The notes below the pieces were generated by a model. It ran no database searches. It was not told where the DNA came from and saw nothing but the letters and a program-made list of their open reading frames with translations. Below, piece by piece: positions 39,301 through 49,140 of a DNA stretch of 64,000 bases. The position numbers and the translations under genes are program-made. Source of the DNA: a virus. The stretch's first letter is position 1, and each line of letters begins with the position of its first letter. Location of the stretch: IMG/VR virus record IMGVR_UViG_3300042294_002813, positions 9,161 through 73,160 of that record, one strand, 5' to 3'.

Positions 39301-40887
39301 TATTGACCAACGATCAGCGTTTGCTTGAGCTGTTGATATGGCAATATTTGAGTCAAGAGTTGCTGTTCTCGTAGTTTCATCATAGCTTACGATTGTTCTG
39401 GTCACTCCCGACAATGCACCATTTGCAATTCTTATGACCGAACCTAGATATGCGTTTGCAACGTTTGCTACAGTTTGTGCCGATGTTTCATTTGACACAT
39501 TTGCTAGTACAATTTTATCATTTGATGTATTTGCAAATATTGTTCCGGTTACATTTGAGAATGAAAAATCATTCAAATAAACTCTATATTTGTATGAATA
39601 TGAATTTGCTGTATTTCCAGCACTATCATAGTCAACATTTATTATTCTTGCTGTTCCAACTTTAGTCGCTGCGTATGAGGTTGGATTTACTGTATTAATT
39701 TGACCGCGAACAACCGAATGCAAATCAACAAGTTGCGGACCAATTCCAGAATCATCTATTTTGAAAAATCCGGTTGATGTTGCGCCGCCAGTAGAATTTG
39801 CATTTGTCGCAACAACATAATTTCCATAATTCAATGATAGTGGATAATTATTTACATTCGAAGATTGTCTTGATCTTTCAACATCTAGATTGAATGAACT
39901 ATATGTTTCATATTCAAATCCTTGAACATAAGCTTTTCCAGGACTTAATGTTGCAGTAAATAGCTCCGCATTTGGAGTTGTGTTTGCATGATCTCTCAAT
40001 CGAATTGTGAATGGTCTGACTGTGTAGCTACCCGACTCGTCATTTGTTCTTCTTGCTAGTGTTTTTTCCAACTCGGAATAAATTGGATACTTGACAATAT
40101 TCTTGATGTATCCGTCTTCAACACGAAGAAGTTCAATGAACTGGCTATCATCGGTACTATCAAGTGTGCGCTTGGCAAGAGTTAGAGTTATCTTGTAGCG
40201 AGAAGCGCCTGGAGCCTGATAATTTGATGCTTCTAATGCAGGATCAAGAAGAGATGTATCTGATGTTGGAAGAACAATGCTTTTGTCTAGTTCTAATCCA
40301 ACACGATATGATGGAGATGTTGAATACTTGTCGAGAATGATCGTTTGTGCTTCAACTCTTGAAAAATATCCATCGACAAACATTACACCTTCAGAAATAC
40401 TTGCAACTGTTCCTAGACCTTCTGGTCCAGAAATTACTGCAAAGTTTGATGTGTTTGATGCCTTGATCGTATCATTTGCGAAAGTGTCTCCAGAAATATA
40501 ATTGACCATCAATACTGGAGATGAACCGGTTTCATATGTCAACACAAACGCTGTTGCTTGAGTTGTTGCTGTGTTTGTTGTATTATTGACATACTTGCGA
40601 TCAAAATTTGCAACCGTGATATCTGAACCAATATATTGGGATGATAGATTTAGAGCCGTCGCCTTTGACGTTGAAATTTGTGCTCCAGTTACAATACTTC
40701 CATTCTTGAAAACGTGATCTCCAAAACGTTGAACCTGTTTTTGAAGAATTGTTTGTAGCTGGGTTAATTCGCGAGCCTGAACAGCATAACCTGGACGAAA
40801 CAGGATATTATAGAAATCCTTTGTCTCATCGTAGTCATTATAGTATGGAGAATCTACTGCTTCTGTGGGTACAATCTTATCTACCAT
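36391..40887 (-). CDS. Large VrlC/DUF4815-like virion structural protein, N-terminal part
   Basis: PYYNDY, ILFRPGYAVQARELTQLQTILQ, APGASRYKI, LARRT.DESG.Y, RYTMRDIG.LEKRIENLEYYT.L. Confidence 0.88.
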   Translation of the reverse strand: MVDKIVPTEAVDSPYYNDYDETKDFYNILFRPGYAVQARELTQLQTILQKQVQRFGDHVFKNGSIVTGAQISTSKATALNLSSQYIGSDITVANFDRKYVNNTTNTATTQATAFVLTYETGSSPVLMVNYISGDTFANDTIKASNTSNFAVISGPEGLGTVASISEGVMFVDGYFSRVEAQTIILDKYSTSPSYRVGLELDKSIVLPTSDTSLLDPALEASNYQAPGASRYKITLTLAKRTLDSTDDSQFIELLRVEDGYIKNIVKYPIYSELEKTLARRTNDESGSYTVRPFTIRLRDHANTTPNAELFTATLSPGKAYVQGFEYETYSSFNLDVERSRQSSNVNNYPLSLNYGNYVVATNANSTGGATSTGFFKIDDSGIGPQLVDLHSVVRGQINTVNPTSYAATKVGTARIINVDYDSAGNTANSYSYKYRVYLNDFSFSNVTGTIFANTSNDKIVLANVSNETSAQTVANVANAYLGSVIRIANGALSGVTRTIVSYDETTRTATLDSNIAISTAQANADRWSIDFSSRDIKSMANIVTGTPVSIGGSMDVDASSKYGSNTVITDPRYNKLLFELPQNYVKQGITDQTYDYFKVLGTAVSFTSGTTGSISAGVGEVFLANGTQSTTQALENFIVVIRDNLGSTIGANGAILPMTTGSASIVVNNGGTPTATFTAPQANTFIADILAKVSITSGSKINEKLKTLVTSNSTHIQTQGGTANATFANVSIYSAAGQVHLSAPNKTPGQKDSLYTSDVYEINKIYDIGSAAFTSGTVLSSYNDITSRYSLDNGQRDDHYDHGGIVFLPGNSPPTGNVVVCFSYFKHETGGSDGLGYFSVDSYPYYNNIPQYTSASSGETYDLRDCIDFRPRRQDNSNTSPGYTLQTFRVGLPNEEFSADYQYYLARKDKIVLTKDRLFSVVKGVSSLNPVPPREPEGSMVLYNLTIAPYTASPANVIVKYVENKRYTMRDIGSLEKRIENLEYYTALNLVEKDTEIMSIKDVNGLDRTKNGILVDSFKGHSVGDVRNIDYKCSIDTRTEELRPSTNTNSHYLDYDFSASTGLTYKSGLVLLPYTTEEMIVQNVSSQTVEVQPYLFARFIGSVQLIPQSDFYFNKYDLPDVVVNYTGENDGYSSLQSALSGTTSAFDAEFGHWETRSTGAEIVTNDVNEQGRNGLQIWENGVNRTTTFGGYQNGFLRRSSFDQISQTVNDRVVNLGVTPIMRQIDIDFVATSLRPRKVVYYYFDDVNVTNYVQRANELVFSGNNFFDKADGERITSGSGNTANVILSKTLSSSNVAYVADVSGNVIAGQTWTGARSSNTGIVVEYRHYSGTARSANSTTINLAFDAANTDSWYVGNTIYFVDGLGVGSSYTIDAYIGSTRSARNTAGFSVTPGSNTRYSIGDSKTNEFGQLAGTFVVPSNSTLKFRTGERMFRISNLANGSANGATTVGESKFYAQGLIGVSVGVTATRLPEPTYNPVYENNYNDPDPMGAQQSGPNF

Positions 40888-40896
40888 CTTTTATCC

Positions 40897-42219
40897 TTAG
40901 TACTTTATGACTATTTTCATTAATTCTGCCTGATCATCCGTTCTGGATATAGGTGTTATATTGTCTATGTATATGACATGCCCAGAGCGATTTTTTAATT
41001 CGGGATTTATTATCGATGCAATAAATCGATTTGCTCCGGATGTTTGTCCATTTAAAGTTGTGGCTGTTGGTGTTCCAGTATATTCACTGACTTTCATTAT
41101 ATTCGTTGATGTATTCCACGATAAAACACGAGCACTAAAAGTTGCTAAATCTAAAGATGATCCTTGATACACATATTCGTCAGAAACATAATCAGGCCCT
41201 GCTCCTGCAATTGCTAATGTTAGCGTTTGAGAAAATACAGTATTTGTAAAAGCGTTTGAAGAACCGTATATCAAAGGATCTTTTATAATACTCACTTGTC
41301 TATAATCATTATTTGCAATCAAAACACCATCTTCATCACCATCTACCCTTACACTCATTATAATATTTGAGCCGCCAAGTTCATAAACTGGATTTTTTCC
41401 ATGACCGCCAGGAGGACCAATTATTGCGCGAGCAACTGCACCAGAACCCCCACCACCTGAAATTGTAACATTTGCCGTAGTGTAGTTCGTTCCTCTTGTC
41501 GTTACAATCACATTTGCTATTGTGTTGCTTGTGGTATTAACGTAAGCGACTGCTGTGGCGTCTAAACCATCTCCCGAAATAGAAACAGTAATGTTTGATG
41601 TATTTGTATAATTTGAACCGCCGTTTGAAACTAAAATGATATCAATGGCACCATCAACTGCTGCCGTTTGCACTGCGTACTGTTGTGAGGCATCGTCTAG
41701 TGTTAGTGTTTTGACTGGCATCCATTCATCAGTTAAAAACTTCTGTCTTTCTTTCGTATTTAACGTGTACATATATTTCCAAACATAACCATCAGCTTCT
41801 GTACTAGCAAAATTTGAAATAACGTATGTTGGCTTCGCCGTTGAATTTGCAGAATTGTTATTATAAAGACATTTATAGACATTATATTCATCAGTTATGA
41901 CGTAAAAATTTGTATTTGCATCAAACAAAGTGCTAGATGTATCATCATAGTTTTGATACACCGTGTTTGTTGTCCAATTTTTTCTAGGAATGGCTAACGA
42001 TATATCATTTCCAGTTATTTTTTTTCCACCAATCAAATTTCTCCAAACATCATCTCGATCACTTACAGAATCTACTGCTGTATTAGGTAAAGAGTCGTTT
42101 GCCCATGGAGTATTTTTACCATATCCTATGTACAGTACAGTTGCAGCAGGCTCTGAAACTGATTCCAGAAGCTGTTCTGCGGAATTAATTCTAAGATTTT
42201 TTGTAGTTATAGCTGTCAT
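40897..42219 (-). CDS. 8: gp8 baseplate wedge subunit
   Basis: FYVITDEYNVYKCLYNN, DGYVWKYMYT, PPGGHG.NPV.ELG; CATAAATA upstream at 42244-51. Confidence 0.9.
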   Translation of the reverse strand: MTAITTKNLRINSAEQLLESVSEPAATVLYIGYGKNTPWANDSLPNTAVDSVSDRDDVWRNLIGGKKITGNDISLAIPRKNWTTNTVYQNYDDTSSTLFDANTNFYVITDEYNVYKCLYNNNSANSTAKPTYVISNFASTEADGYVWKYMYTLNTKERQKFLTDEWMPVKTLTLDDASQQYAVQTAAVDGAIDIILVSNGGSNYTNTSNITVSISGDGLDATAVAYVNTTSNTIANVIVTTRGTNYTTANVTISGGGGSGAVARAIIGPPGGHGKNPVYELGGSNIIMSVRVDGDEDGVLIANNDYRQVSIIKDPLIYGSSNAFTNTVFSQTLTLAIAGAGPDYVSDEYVYQGSSLDLATFSARVLSWNTSTNIMKVSEYTGTPTATTLNGQTSGANRFIASIINPELKNRSGHVIYIDNITPISRTDDQAELMKIVIKY

Positions 42220-42246
42220 ATAGAAAAACTCTATTGTAATTTGTAT

Positions 42247-45200
42247 TTATGCAGGTTCACTTGAAGTATTTGAACAATTAGTTATGTTGTTTGCAAATGT
42301 GAAGTTGTTGGCTATGCCACTATTTGTGTTTGCAAACAGGCCATTGCTCTTTAGATAAATTGAAGGTGTTATATTCAAATTAACTCTTCCCATATAACCA
42401 TTTGAGGCTTGCATGTTGCTTGGTAATAGAACTCCATTAGCACCAATAAAGAAAGTTCTGATTGTTGTATTTGCAATATCTGCATAATTATTTGAAAACC
42501 AAAATTCAGATAAGCAACCACGATATGAACGTGTAAGATTTGGTTCAGATCCTATAGAAACATTGCTTCCAGTATAGTCTATCTGGCCAAAATTTATTAA
42601 ATCTAGTCTAGTTGAATTGATATCATTTAGATAGACTTTACATGCTGAATTTGAAGATAAATCCCATGTTGCAACAAAATGATTCCATGTATTTTTAAAT
42701 ATCAAAGTTGACGTATTTGTCGTTAGTTCTAGAAGAGGAAGATTTGCTGCATTTCTCGCGGTAATTCTTATTATATCACCGTCTGTATTTTGTGTAATTG
42801 GATATGCAAGAGGGGCAAGAACATCGCCATCGCCCAACAAAGCTTCTACTGTTATATTAGCATCTACCCCAGCACCCTCTATTGATAAAATTGGAAATGC
42901 ATTCGCATCATAACCAAATCCACCAACAATATGACCGGAATCTGTTGTATATGGAGTTAGTTCTGTTCTGATAATAGAACCAGAAGCATTCACAATTGCT
43001 TTTGCATTTGCACCAAAGCCATATCCACCAACAACGTTTGTGAATATTATTTTTGCATTATTTGAATAACCGGATCCCGCAGAATTAATTTTCAATCGAC
43101 CGATTATACCAAGAGCCTTTATCATTGAATTGCCAGAAGCTTCTGCTGTTGTCGATAGAATATTGTATCCAGCTCCAGGATCATTCAATGCAACTAGATA
43201 AATTGGACCTGTATTCGCATATTCGAAATAGGTCAAAGTTGTTAACAACGATGTATTTGCATTTCCACCAGAAGAATTGCTATAAGCACCAATTGCAGTC
43301 AAATTATAAGTGTTTATAACATCAGAATTTATATTGTAAGTATTTGGATGAACACTTCCATCATCTAGAACTTGCACAATTGTTGCATTTGCAGAAGTTC
43401 CTGTTCCAGATATGACTATCGTATCATTTGGAAATTTTCTAAATCCGGCACCACCAGAGATAACAACAAGATCGGCAATTTTTCCTAATAATGTATTTGC
43501 TCTTTTTGTCAACGATACAGAGAATCGTTGTGATGTCTGTGAATTGGAGTTATTTGAAATAGAAAATATTGTTTGGTCATTTGCAAAACTAGTTGGTCTA
43601 AACCAAAAGCTTATTGTTCCGGTTGAACCATTTGATGTATTTCCCAATGCTTCAGTTTTATACAAAATGGAATTTGAACCATTAAAATCAATTGAATTTG
43701 TGACGTAAGGAATATAACTGCTTGTGTTAGATAAGCCAACATTTATTGTATCATCAACTACTGGTTCTGAAATATAAAGATATTCACCAAATAGCTTCAA
43801 TCCTGCAGGATGAATATAATTCAACGCATATTGCTTATATTCATTCAACGCTCTTTTTACTTTTATAACATAACTAAAATTCTGATAATAATCTCTATTT
43901 TCAAGATAGTTTGAACTACTCAACAATCCCGTATCGTCTTTAAATCTTCCCGGATAAGTATATGTTCCTACCGTTAGTGTAACATTTGCTGTTGCAAGAC
44001 CATCACCGCTATTTGTAAAATCAAGAGTTGGCGGAGTAACATAACCCACCCCTCTATTTGTAATTGTTAATTCTTCAATTACTCCGATAGATCCTGTATT
44101 AGAAGTAAGTTCATCGCCAAATCCAAGAAGTGCAGAAACAACTATATTAGCACCCGAGCCAGATCCGCTAATTGATACATTTGGAAGATGTGTCATGCTA
44201 TATCCAGCACCACCTATCAAATGACCAGGACCTAAAAGAGTCAAATTTGTACCGATAATTGTTCCTGTAGCATTTGTTACTACATTTCCATTTGCACCAT
44301 ATCCAAACCCACCAGGAATATTCGTAAATATTAATGTTGCCCCATTCGAATAGCCGGTTCCGCCGTCATTGATCTTTAATCTACCAATAATACCTAGATT
44401 TTTTATTCTTGTATTTGCTTCTATGGATGCTGTCGGTAATGACGTATAATTATTTCCTCCACTAGAAACTCTAATAGCCACTACAGGACCGGTATTTGAA
44501 TAAGCAAAAAAAGTCAACGTATTAACTAGAGCAGTATTTGCATTTCCACCAGAAGAATTGCTATAAGCACCAATTGTAGTCAAATTATAAGTGTTTATAA
44601 CATCAGAATTTATATTGTAAGTATTTGGATGAACACTATTATCAGTAAGAACTTGAATTACATTTGCATTTGCTCCTGCGCCACCGCCGCCCGAAAACAA
44701 AATAAAATCTGAGACTCTAAATCCTGCACCACCAGATATAACCGAAACATTTGAAATATTTCCTGAAGAAACATCAGATATAATTACGGAACCACCAGAA
44801 CCACCACCACCCACAACTGGTATTGAAGTTCCTATTGTATAGCCTGAACCACCATTTGTTAGTGCTACACTTGAAATAAATCCACTTAGAATATCTGCCG
44901 ATAGCGTTTCATTATTAGCATTTTTTATGAAAACTTGTTCTCCTGAAATAAAATCGCCATTTTTATTAGAAATGAAAAATTCATTTATTTTCGTTCCGCT
45001 TTCATATGAAACAAAAATTCTTTCAACAAAAGCTGATGCTTGTGATGTGTTTCCAACTACTTTCGTGCTTTCAAACTTTTTTAAATTAATAATAGAATCG
45101 TCTACAATTTCATTTATTTCAATATTAGACAAACGAATGGATTGCTCAACAAGCCATTTTCCAGAAGATGCTATTAGAATATCATTTTTTGGATAATATA

Positions 45201-45579
45201 ATTCTGGATCTTCGTTGAATAATAATCTAAAGAAAAAATTATATGATTTTTCAGTACCTTTAGCTCTATAAAAATCTTTTATATTTTTTAGTAATTTTGA
45301 TTTATCAGAAGATACTTCTTTTGGTATTAGAGTTAAAAATTCATTGTATAAATGATCATTAAATTCAGTTAATCCAGTATCTGTAATTTTATCTGTATCA
45401 AAATATTTTGTAAGATTTTTTGCTCTTTCAACTGTTTTTCCATACGATAAAACAGTATTTGACTGTTCAAGATATTCATAATATGCTTTCACAAATGCTA
45501 TGAAAGTGGGATGATCTGAACGAACAAATTCGGGTAATTGACTACTTACAACAGTAGAAATCTTGTTGTTTGTTGTCAT
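42247..45579 (-). CDS. 7: gp7 baseplate wedge initiator with internal duplication and C-terminal LamG-like domain
   Basis: QLPEFVR..HPTF..FVKAYYEYLE, KDFYRAKGTEKS, YYQNFSYVIK...HPAG.KLFGE; WNHFVATWD LamG-like motif. Confidence 0.85.
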   Translation of the reverse strand: MTTNNKISTVVSSQLPEFVRSDHPTFIAFVKAYYEYLEQSNTVLSYGKTVERAKNLTKYFDTDKITDTGLTEFNDHLYNEFLTLIPKEVSSDKSKLLKNIKDFYRAKGTEKSYNFFFRLLFNEDPELYYPKNDILIASSGKWLVEQSIRLSNIEINEIVDDSIINLKKFESTKVVGNTSQASAFVERIFVSYESGTKINEFFISNKNGDFISGEQVFIKNANNETLSADILSGFISSVALTNGGSGYTIGTSIPVVGGGGSGGSVIISDVSSGNISNVSVISGGAGFRVSDFILFSGGGGAGANANVIQVLTDNSVHPNTYNINSDVINTYNLTTIGAYSNSSGGNANTALVNTLTFFAYSNTGPVVAIRVSSGGNNYTSLPTASIEANTRIKNLGIIGRLKINDGGTGYSNGATLIFTNIPGGFGYGANGNVVTNATGTIIGTNLTLLGPGHLIGGAGYSMTHLPNVSISGSGSGANIVVSALLGFGDELTSNTGSIGVIEELTITNRGVGYVTPPTLDFTNSGDGLATANVTLTVGTYTYPGRFKDDTGLLSSSNYLENRDYYQNFSYVIKVKRALNEYKQYALNYIHPAGLKLFGEYLYISEPVVDDTINVGLSNTSSYIPYVTNSIDFNGSNSILYKTEALGNTSNGSTGTISFWFRPTSFANDQTIFSISNNSNSQTSQRFSVSLTKRANTLLGKIADLVVISGGAGFRKFPNDTIVISGTGTSANATIVQVLDDGSVHPNTYNINSDVINTYNLTAIGAYSNSSGGNANTSLLTTLTYFEYANTGPIYLVALNDPGAGYNILSTTAEASGNSMIKALGIIGRLKINSAGSGYSNNAKIIFTNVVGGYGFGANAKAIVNASGSIIRTELTPYTTDSGHIVGGFGYDANAFPILSIEGAGVDANITVEALLGDGDVLAPLAYPITQNTDGDIIRITARNAANLPLLELTTNTSTLIFKNTWNHFVATWDLSSNSACKVYLNDINSTRLDLINFGQIDYTGSNVSIGSEPNLTRSYRGCLSEFWFSNNYADIANTTIRTFFIGANGVLLPSNMQASNGYMGRVNLNITPSIYLKSNGLFANTNSGIANNFTFANNITNCSNTSSEPA
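43253..44637. repeat. 104-bp direct repeat with 1 mismatch inside gp7 (43253-43356 and 44534-44637)
   Basis: Both copies encode SVHPNTYNINSDVINTYNLT(T/A)IGAYSNSSGGNANT; 1281 bp apart, in frame. Confidence 0.9.
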
Positions 45580-47657
45580 TCGATTTCATTCTCCATGACA
45601 ATCTGGATTGCTGTTGAATCTTCAGAATCAATTGAAAGTAGTCTATTTCTCAACGGTTGCAATGTTTTTTGAAGAGGATAGGCATTTAAAGTTAAAATGC
45701 CCAAATCATAATTAGGATTAGTTGCAATTGAAATTGGTTTAAAATTGTATATGTTTATTCTACCTGTTCTGTAATTTATATCGCCAAAATTACTATTCAA
45801 TATCACTTTTTCTCCAGTTGTTGAAGCAATGTAGTAGGCTCTAAGAGTTCCTACTTCCTCTGAAAGAATAGGTATTGCTACGGCCCCAGAACCTGTAGAA
45901 TCAGTAATCGCGATTGTTGCTCCAGAATAATCGGATCCTTTATTAATAATTTCTACTGAAATTATTTTACCGTTTACAACGACTGCTTTTCCTGTAGCCC
46001 CCGCACCATCGCCAGTTATTGTGACTGTGGGACTGTCTGAATATCCAGATCCAGAATTTGTTACTGAAACACTGTCGACGCCTGTAAAAGATAGGGGTGT
46101 CTCTTCTATAAGAGCATCTCTTTCGACACCAAATCCATCATAAATCTTAAAGGTTGGATAAGAATAAAGTTTTTCACTATAAAGTCCGCGACTCAAAGGA
46201 ACGTTGAAATTTATTTCATAGTTTTTTTGTTGAGTAGTGGATGGCTGGAATCTTTTTTGAACAATAGTTGAAACGTCAGTTCCTAAAAATGAATTTTCTG
46301 AAAGAGTTATCAAGTTTTGTAATTTTGACGAACGATATGTAGAATTAAATTTTTCTAAATCAGTATCATTATAAGTCGTTATCGTATTTGTCACAATATT
46401 TTTTAATTGATTTTCATCATTTGTTGTCTGATTTGAATCATAGTTTACTTTTATTTCTAATTTTAGATAAAGATATTCTGGATCAACAATTTCTGCAGTA
46501 ACTGTCAATACATTTCTATTTGCAACTAATTCGTTAATAATTCTATCTTTTTCAATATTTGTAATCACATAACCAGACTTTGGCTTCATTGAAATGAATA
46601 TTTTTCCATAAACTACAGGATCATTTTCTTCTCCACCCCACACAGAAATTGTTTCTATGTTTGGATAATCTTTAAGAAGCAATGTTCCATAGTCATCTTT
46701 TGTGACTGCTCTGTTTTGCGCGGTATAGAATTTAGGAGCCAAAAACTTTATTCTATCAATAGTATCTCTTTGTGCTCCGCCAGCAGCTGCAGAAATTGAA
46801 TTGACCACAACGTTTGAGAAATTCAAAATCGATGTCGTAAGAGTGAATGAATTTGCCTTGTTTGATACATCCCCGCTTGTTGACAAATACCTTAGCTGAA
46901 CAATATTTCCGTCATCCAAATTTTTGCCGATATAACCATCACCAAAATAAAGAGTATATCTATTAGCATCTGATTCTTCCAAGAAATATACTTTTGAATT
47001 TGAATCTAGAGTTGTTACATCATCGGCCAATAGATAAGTTGATTTTGTACTATCTGTATCTGAATTCTGTACAGTTACAAGCAATGTTGATGTATCAATG
47101 TTTGCTTCCGGAATTAGAAAGCGTCTTCTGGTGTTTGTTACATCTACACCAACGTTGTATGAGATATTTTCACCCTGTGTTATCCGTACATTGCTAAAGG
47201 TGTATGTGTTTGACGTAACATTCTTGGATGCGGAATAAGCTTCCAAATTTACAAACGTATAGTTGGTTCCATCTATCTGTTCTGATTCAAATTGTGAGTA
47301 TGCAGGTAGAGTTATCGTTGAATAGCCGCTGGTCGGAGTAGTATCTTCAACAACGATATTTACTTCTGCGCGCGAGCCTACCATAGAAGTTGGAACATAA
47401 TTCAAATGCTTGGCGTGCGACACGACAGAATTTCTTAATAGCGCACTATCAAGAAACATTTCGTTTCCTACCATGTTTAGATAATATGCCATATAGTGAG
47501 TGTTGTATGCCAGAACATCAAGAAGAATATTTAATCCAGAACCTTCAAAGTCATAATCTGTAAATTGATTTTGACTACGCAGATAATCTCTTAGATTGCC
47601 TTTGATCGTATCAAAGTCGAGTTCCGCAATTCTAAAAACAGTATTAGATGCTGCCAT
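45576..47657 (-). CDS. 6: gp6 baseplate wedge subunit
   Basis: LDFDTIK.NL..YL, FTDYDFEGSGL..LLDVLAYNTHY, QNRAVT.DDY, VWGGEENDP.VYGK.FIS. Confidence 0.95.
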   Translation of the reverse strand: MAASNTVFRIAELDFDTIKGNLRDYLRSQNQFTDYDFEGSGLNILLDVLAYNTHYMAYYLNMVGNEMFLDSALLRNSVVSHAKHLNYVPTSMVGSRAEVNIVVEDTTPTSGYSTITLPAYSQFESEQIDGTNYTFVNLEAYSASKNVTSNTYTFSNVRITQGENISYNVGVDVTNTRRRFLIPEANIDTSTLLVTVQNSDTDSTKSTYLLADDVTTLDSNSKVYFLEESDANRYTLYFGDGYIGKNLDDGNIVQLRYLSTSGDVSNKANSFTLTTSILNFSNVVVNSISAAAGGAQRDTIDRIKFLAPKFYTAQNRAVTKDDYGTLLLKDYPNIETISVWGGEENDPVVYGKIFISMKPKSGYVITNIEKDRIINELVANRNVLTVTAEIVDPEYLYLKLEIKVNYDSNQTTNDENQLKNIVTNTITTYNDTDLEKFNSTYRSSKLQNLITLSENSFLGTDVSTIVQKRFQPSTTQQKNYEINFNVPLSRGLYSEKLYSYPTFKIYDGFGVERDALIEETPLSFTGVDSVSVTNSGSGYSDSPTVTITGDGAGATGKAVVVNGKIISVEIINKGSDYSGATIAITDSTGSGAVAIPILSEEVGTLRAYYIASTTGEKVILNSNFGDINYRTGRINIYNFKPISIATNPNYDLGILTLNAYPLQKTLQPLRNRLLSIDSEDSTAIQIVMENEIE

Positions 47658-47658
47658 A

Positions 47659-48054
47659 TTATCTTACTCTTTCCAAAAATACGTTTATTGTTGTTGGAGT
47701 TGCTTGATTGACTATGTAAAATGATATAGAAACATCATATCTATTCATATCTTCTTGGGCTTGTACAACCACATCGATAAGAGAAACTCGAGGATCAAAG
47801 TTGTTTATTACATCTTTGACGGCAGTTTTAATATTTTGAGCCGTCATAGCATTAACATTTTCAAACAATAATTGACGAATTACACCACCAACTTCAGGAT
47901 GAAATGGTTTATCATAGTTGGCCATATTGACAAGATTTCGCAATGATCTAATTATTGCTTGATCACCAATGCGTGTCGCGACATCATTTGTTGCAGGATG
48001 TCGCGTGAAATTTAAGTCTAAATCTCTAAATGTTCTTGTGGATAAAGCTACCAT
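47659..48054 (-). CDS. 25: gp25 baseplate wedge subunit
   Basis: FRDLDLNF..HP.T.D, AI..S..NL, PF.P..G, I.NF.PRV; GATAAATA at 48060-67. Confidence 0.92.
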   Translation of the reverse strand: MVALSTRTFRDLDLNFTRHPATNDVATRIGDQAIIRSLRNLVNMANYDKPFHPEVGGVIRQLLFENVNAMTAQNIKTAVKDVINNFDPRVSLIDVVVQAQEDMNRYDVSISFYIVNQATPTTINVFLERVR

Positions 48055-48062
48055 GATTATAT

Positions 48063-48818
48063 TTATCGTGATAATTTAGATAGCAAACTAGTTTGCCCTA
48101 TTTGATTTTCCAATATAAATCTGCCACACGGATCGTTATACATATAGTCTAAAAGTGAAGATAGCGCAGCTTGTCTTAATGTTTCTAGTGCCTGATTAAA
48201 AAAGTTTTGATCGGCAGCTATTATTGCGGCAAGTGCCGCTTTGATAGAATTGACTTGATCCAATATTTCAGTCAAGTCGGCCAAGCAACCATTGATTTGC
48301 TCAATAAACGATGCTAACTGACTAGCATAACCATTAAGTTGCTCTCCGGAAAATAGTCCTGTCATATTACCTAGAACGCCCAAACAACCCGAAGCTTGAT
48401 CGACAGTATTAACTAAATCTTTTATTGATCGTCCGACAGACAATATTCTTTCAAGTCCTGGTGTTGCATTTCCAGCACTACCTGCTATTACTCCTGATAA
48501 TGTATTGACATGTGTTGTAAAGGCGGTAACTTGCTCGGACAATCCGCCAGTTCCAGTTAATGCGGTTGTCAGATTTGTTTTAGCTTCGGATGTATAATTT
48601 AAACATGTAGAATTTGATATTGCACTAACTATGCCGTTTATCCCGCTAGATACTTGATTGATATTTTGTATGACCGGATTTCTAAAAAGTGATGCTTGAC
48701 CGCTAGTAGCTATTTCTTCAAAAATATTTCTAACAGTTGGGTTTATTGGCAAATTACCAATCGCTGTTGCTACCTCTGGAATAGGCACAATGCTTGGAAT
48801 TGGAAAACCTATTGTCAT
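48063..48818 (-). CDS. Hypothetical baseplate-region protein (alpha-helical)
   Basis: 251-aa ORF with AGGAG RBS between the PAAR gene and gp25. Confidence 0.75.
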   Translation of the reverse strand: MTIGFPIPSIVPIPEVATAIGNLPINPTVRNIFEEIATSGQASLFRNPVIQNINQVSSGINGIVSAISNSTCLNYTSEAKTNLTTALTGTGGLSEQVTAFTTHVNTLSGVIAGSAGNATPGLERILSVGRSIKDLVNTVDQASGCLGVLGNMTGLFSGEQLNGYASQLASFIEQINGCLADLTEILDQVNSIKAALAAIIAADQNFFNQALETLRQAALSSLLDYMYNDPCGRFILENQIGQTSLLSKLSR

Positions 48819-48839
48819 ATTATTTTTTCTCCTATCATA

Positions 48840-49127
48840 TTATCCTGCAAAGCAAGTTCCGGCACCAGTTAAAATTGTAGAACCGCAATCTATAGGATCG
48901 CCAACTCTACTACATTGAAATCCATTAATGTATACGGTTCCCGATCCTGATGCCAAAATTCCATCGTGACATCCTTGATTTGGACAACAATGTGAAACCC
49001 AATGATCACCCTGTCTATGAACACCTAGACCCTCAACATAAACGTCACCACTTGCCGTATCATTCGGCCTTTGGGGCCAACACCCATGACCCGTACATAT
49101 ATCACCCAATCTAGAAATTGCAGGCAT
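48840..49127 (-). CDS. PAAR-repeat spike-tip protein (gp5.4-like)
   Basis: MPAISRLGD.CTGHG, HRQGD.W..H, GS.TVYING...RVGD...CGS. Confidence 0.92.
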   Translation of the reverse strand: MPAISRLGDICTGHGCWPQRPNDTASGDVYVEGLGVHRQGDHWVSHCCPNQGCHDGILASGSGTVYINGFQCSRVGDPIDCGSTILTGAGTCFAG

Positions 49128-49140
49128 TTTTCATTCCATC

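Noticed and set aside
43253-44637. 104-bp repeat pair as a diversity-generating retroelement TR/VR
   Set aside because: Only one mismatch, both copies are in-frame coding sequence in one gene, and no reverse transcriptase is present in the window.
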